A DNA stretch of 64,000 nt from Botryllus schlosseri (Eukaryota): NCBI GenBank assembly GCA_051294905.1, contig CM119378.1, positions 2,730,001 through 2,794,000 on the forward strand. Reading direction: 5' to 3'. The position numbers and the translations under genes are program-made. Shown here piece after piece: positions 63,701 to 64,000 of this stretch; the stretch's first letter is position 1; each line of letters starts with the position of its first letter. Under the pieces are notes generated by a model. That model searched no databases. It was given only the letters and a program-made list of their open reading frames with translations, and was not told the DNA's origin.

Positions 63701-63880
63701 TAACCAGGTATAGATTTTCTTGAAAATAAGCCGCACTGGCGAAGTGTTACATGTAAACGGAGAAATACGCAGAAGCGTTGCGACGATAATGGCCCAATGC
63801 GTTTATATGCCCGAAAAGTGTGTCTGTACGCAGAAAAAAGTGTTATGAAGTGTTCAATACGACCTTGCGGATTTACAGTG
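57794..63880. mobile_element. 6.1-kb CACTA/CMC-type element without recognisable transposase
   Basis: CACTGTAAAT / ATTTACAGTG; 3-bp TSD ATA; splits the 28180-family MITE exactly (CCGATATA|...|ATAGCCGACG versus uninterrupted CGATATAGCCGACG near 28344). Confidence 0.82.
59030..61925. repeat. Diverged internal tandem duplication
   Basis: ~59050-59240 resembles ~60870-61035; ~59920-60812 resembles ~61110-61920. Confidence 0.8.
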
Positions 63881-64000
63881 ATAGCCGACGTATATCGATA
63901 TGGGATGGTTCGAGTAGGTTCAACAGCAATAATACCGATATTTGGTCAAAGGAGCTATATTTACCCTATATTTCAATTGGCAATGTCAATCCATTGTGAC

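Overview
Eukaryotic, AT-rich, almost gene-free DNA made largely of nested transposable elements. It is animal sequence; a marine invertebrate such as an ascidian is plausible but is only my inference. Boundaries were read by eye from terminal repeats and target-site duplications (TSDs). Main content: the 3' end of an R4/Dong-type non-LTR element; a four-level nest (hAT > hAT > BEL/Pao LTR element > MULE-like foldback with a telomere-like core); a decayed Mag-like Gypsy; a 5'-truncated L2/CR1-group LINE; a Kolobok inside a hAT MITE; a Gypsy inflated to 17 kb by insertions; two CACTA-type elements; tRNA-derived SINEs; and many hAT MITEs with 8-bp TSDs. The only host-like coding signal is three phase-compatible exons of a probable type I membrane protein (49255-51626). 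The most unusual objects are (i) a young BEL/Pao element whose single intact ORF keeps Gag and protease but carries only in-frame, catalytically dead scraps of RT and RNase H, and (ii) the foldback element carrying about 300 bp of TTAGGG-like repeats. No CRISPR, rRNA or genuine tRNA genes are supported.
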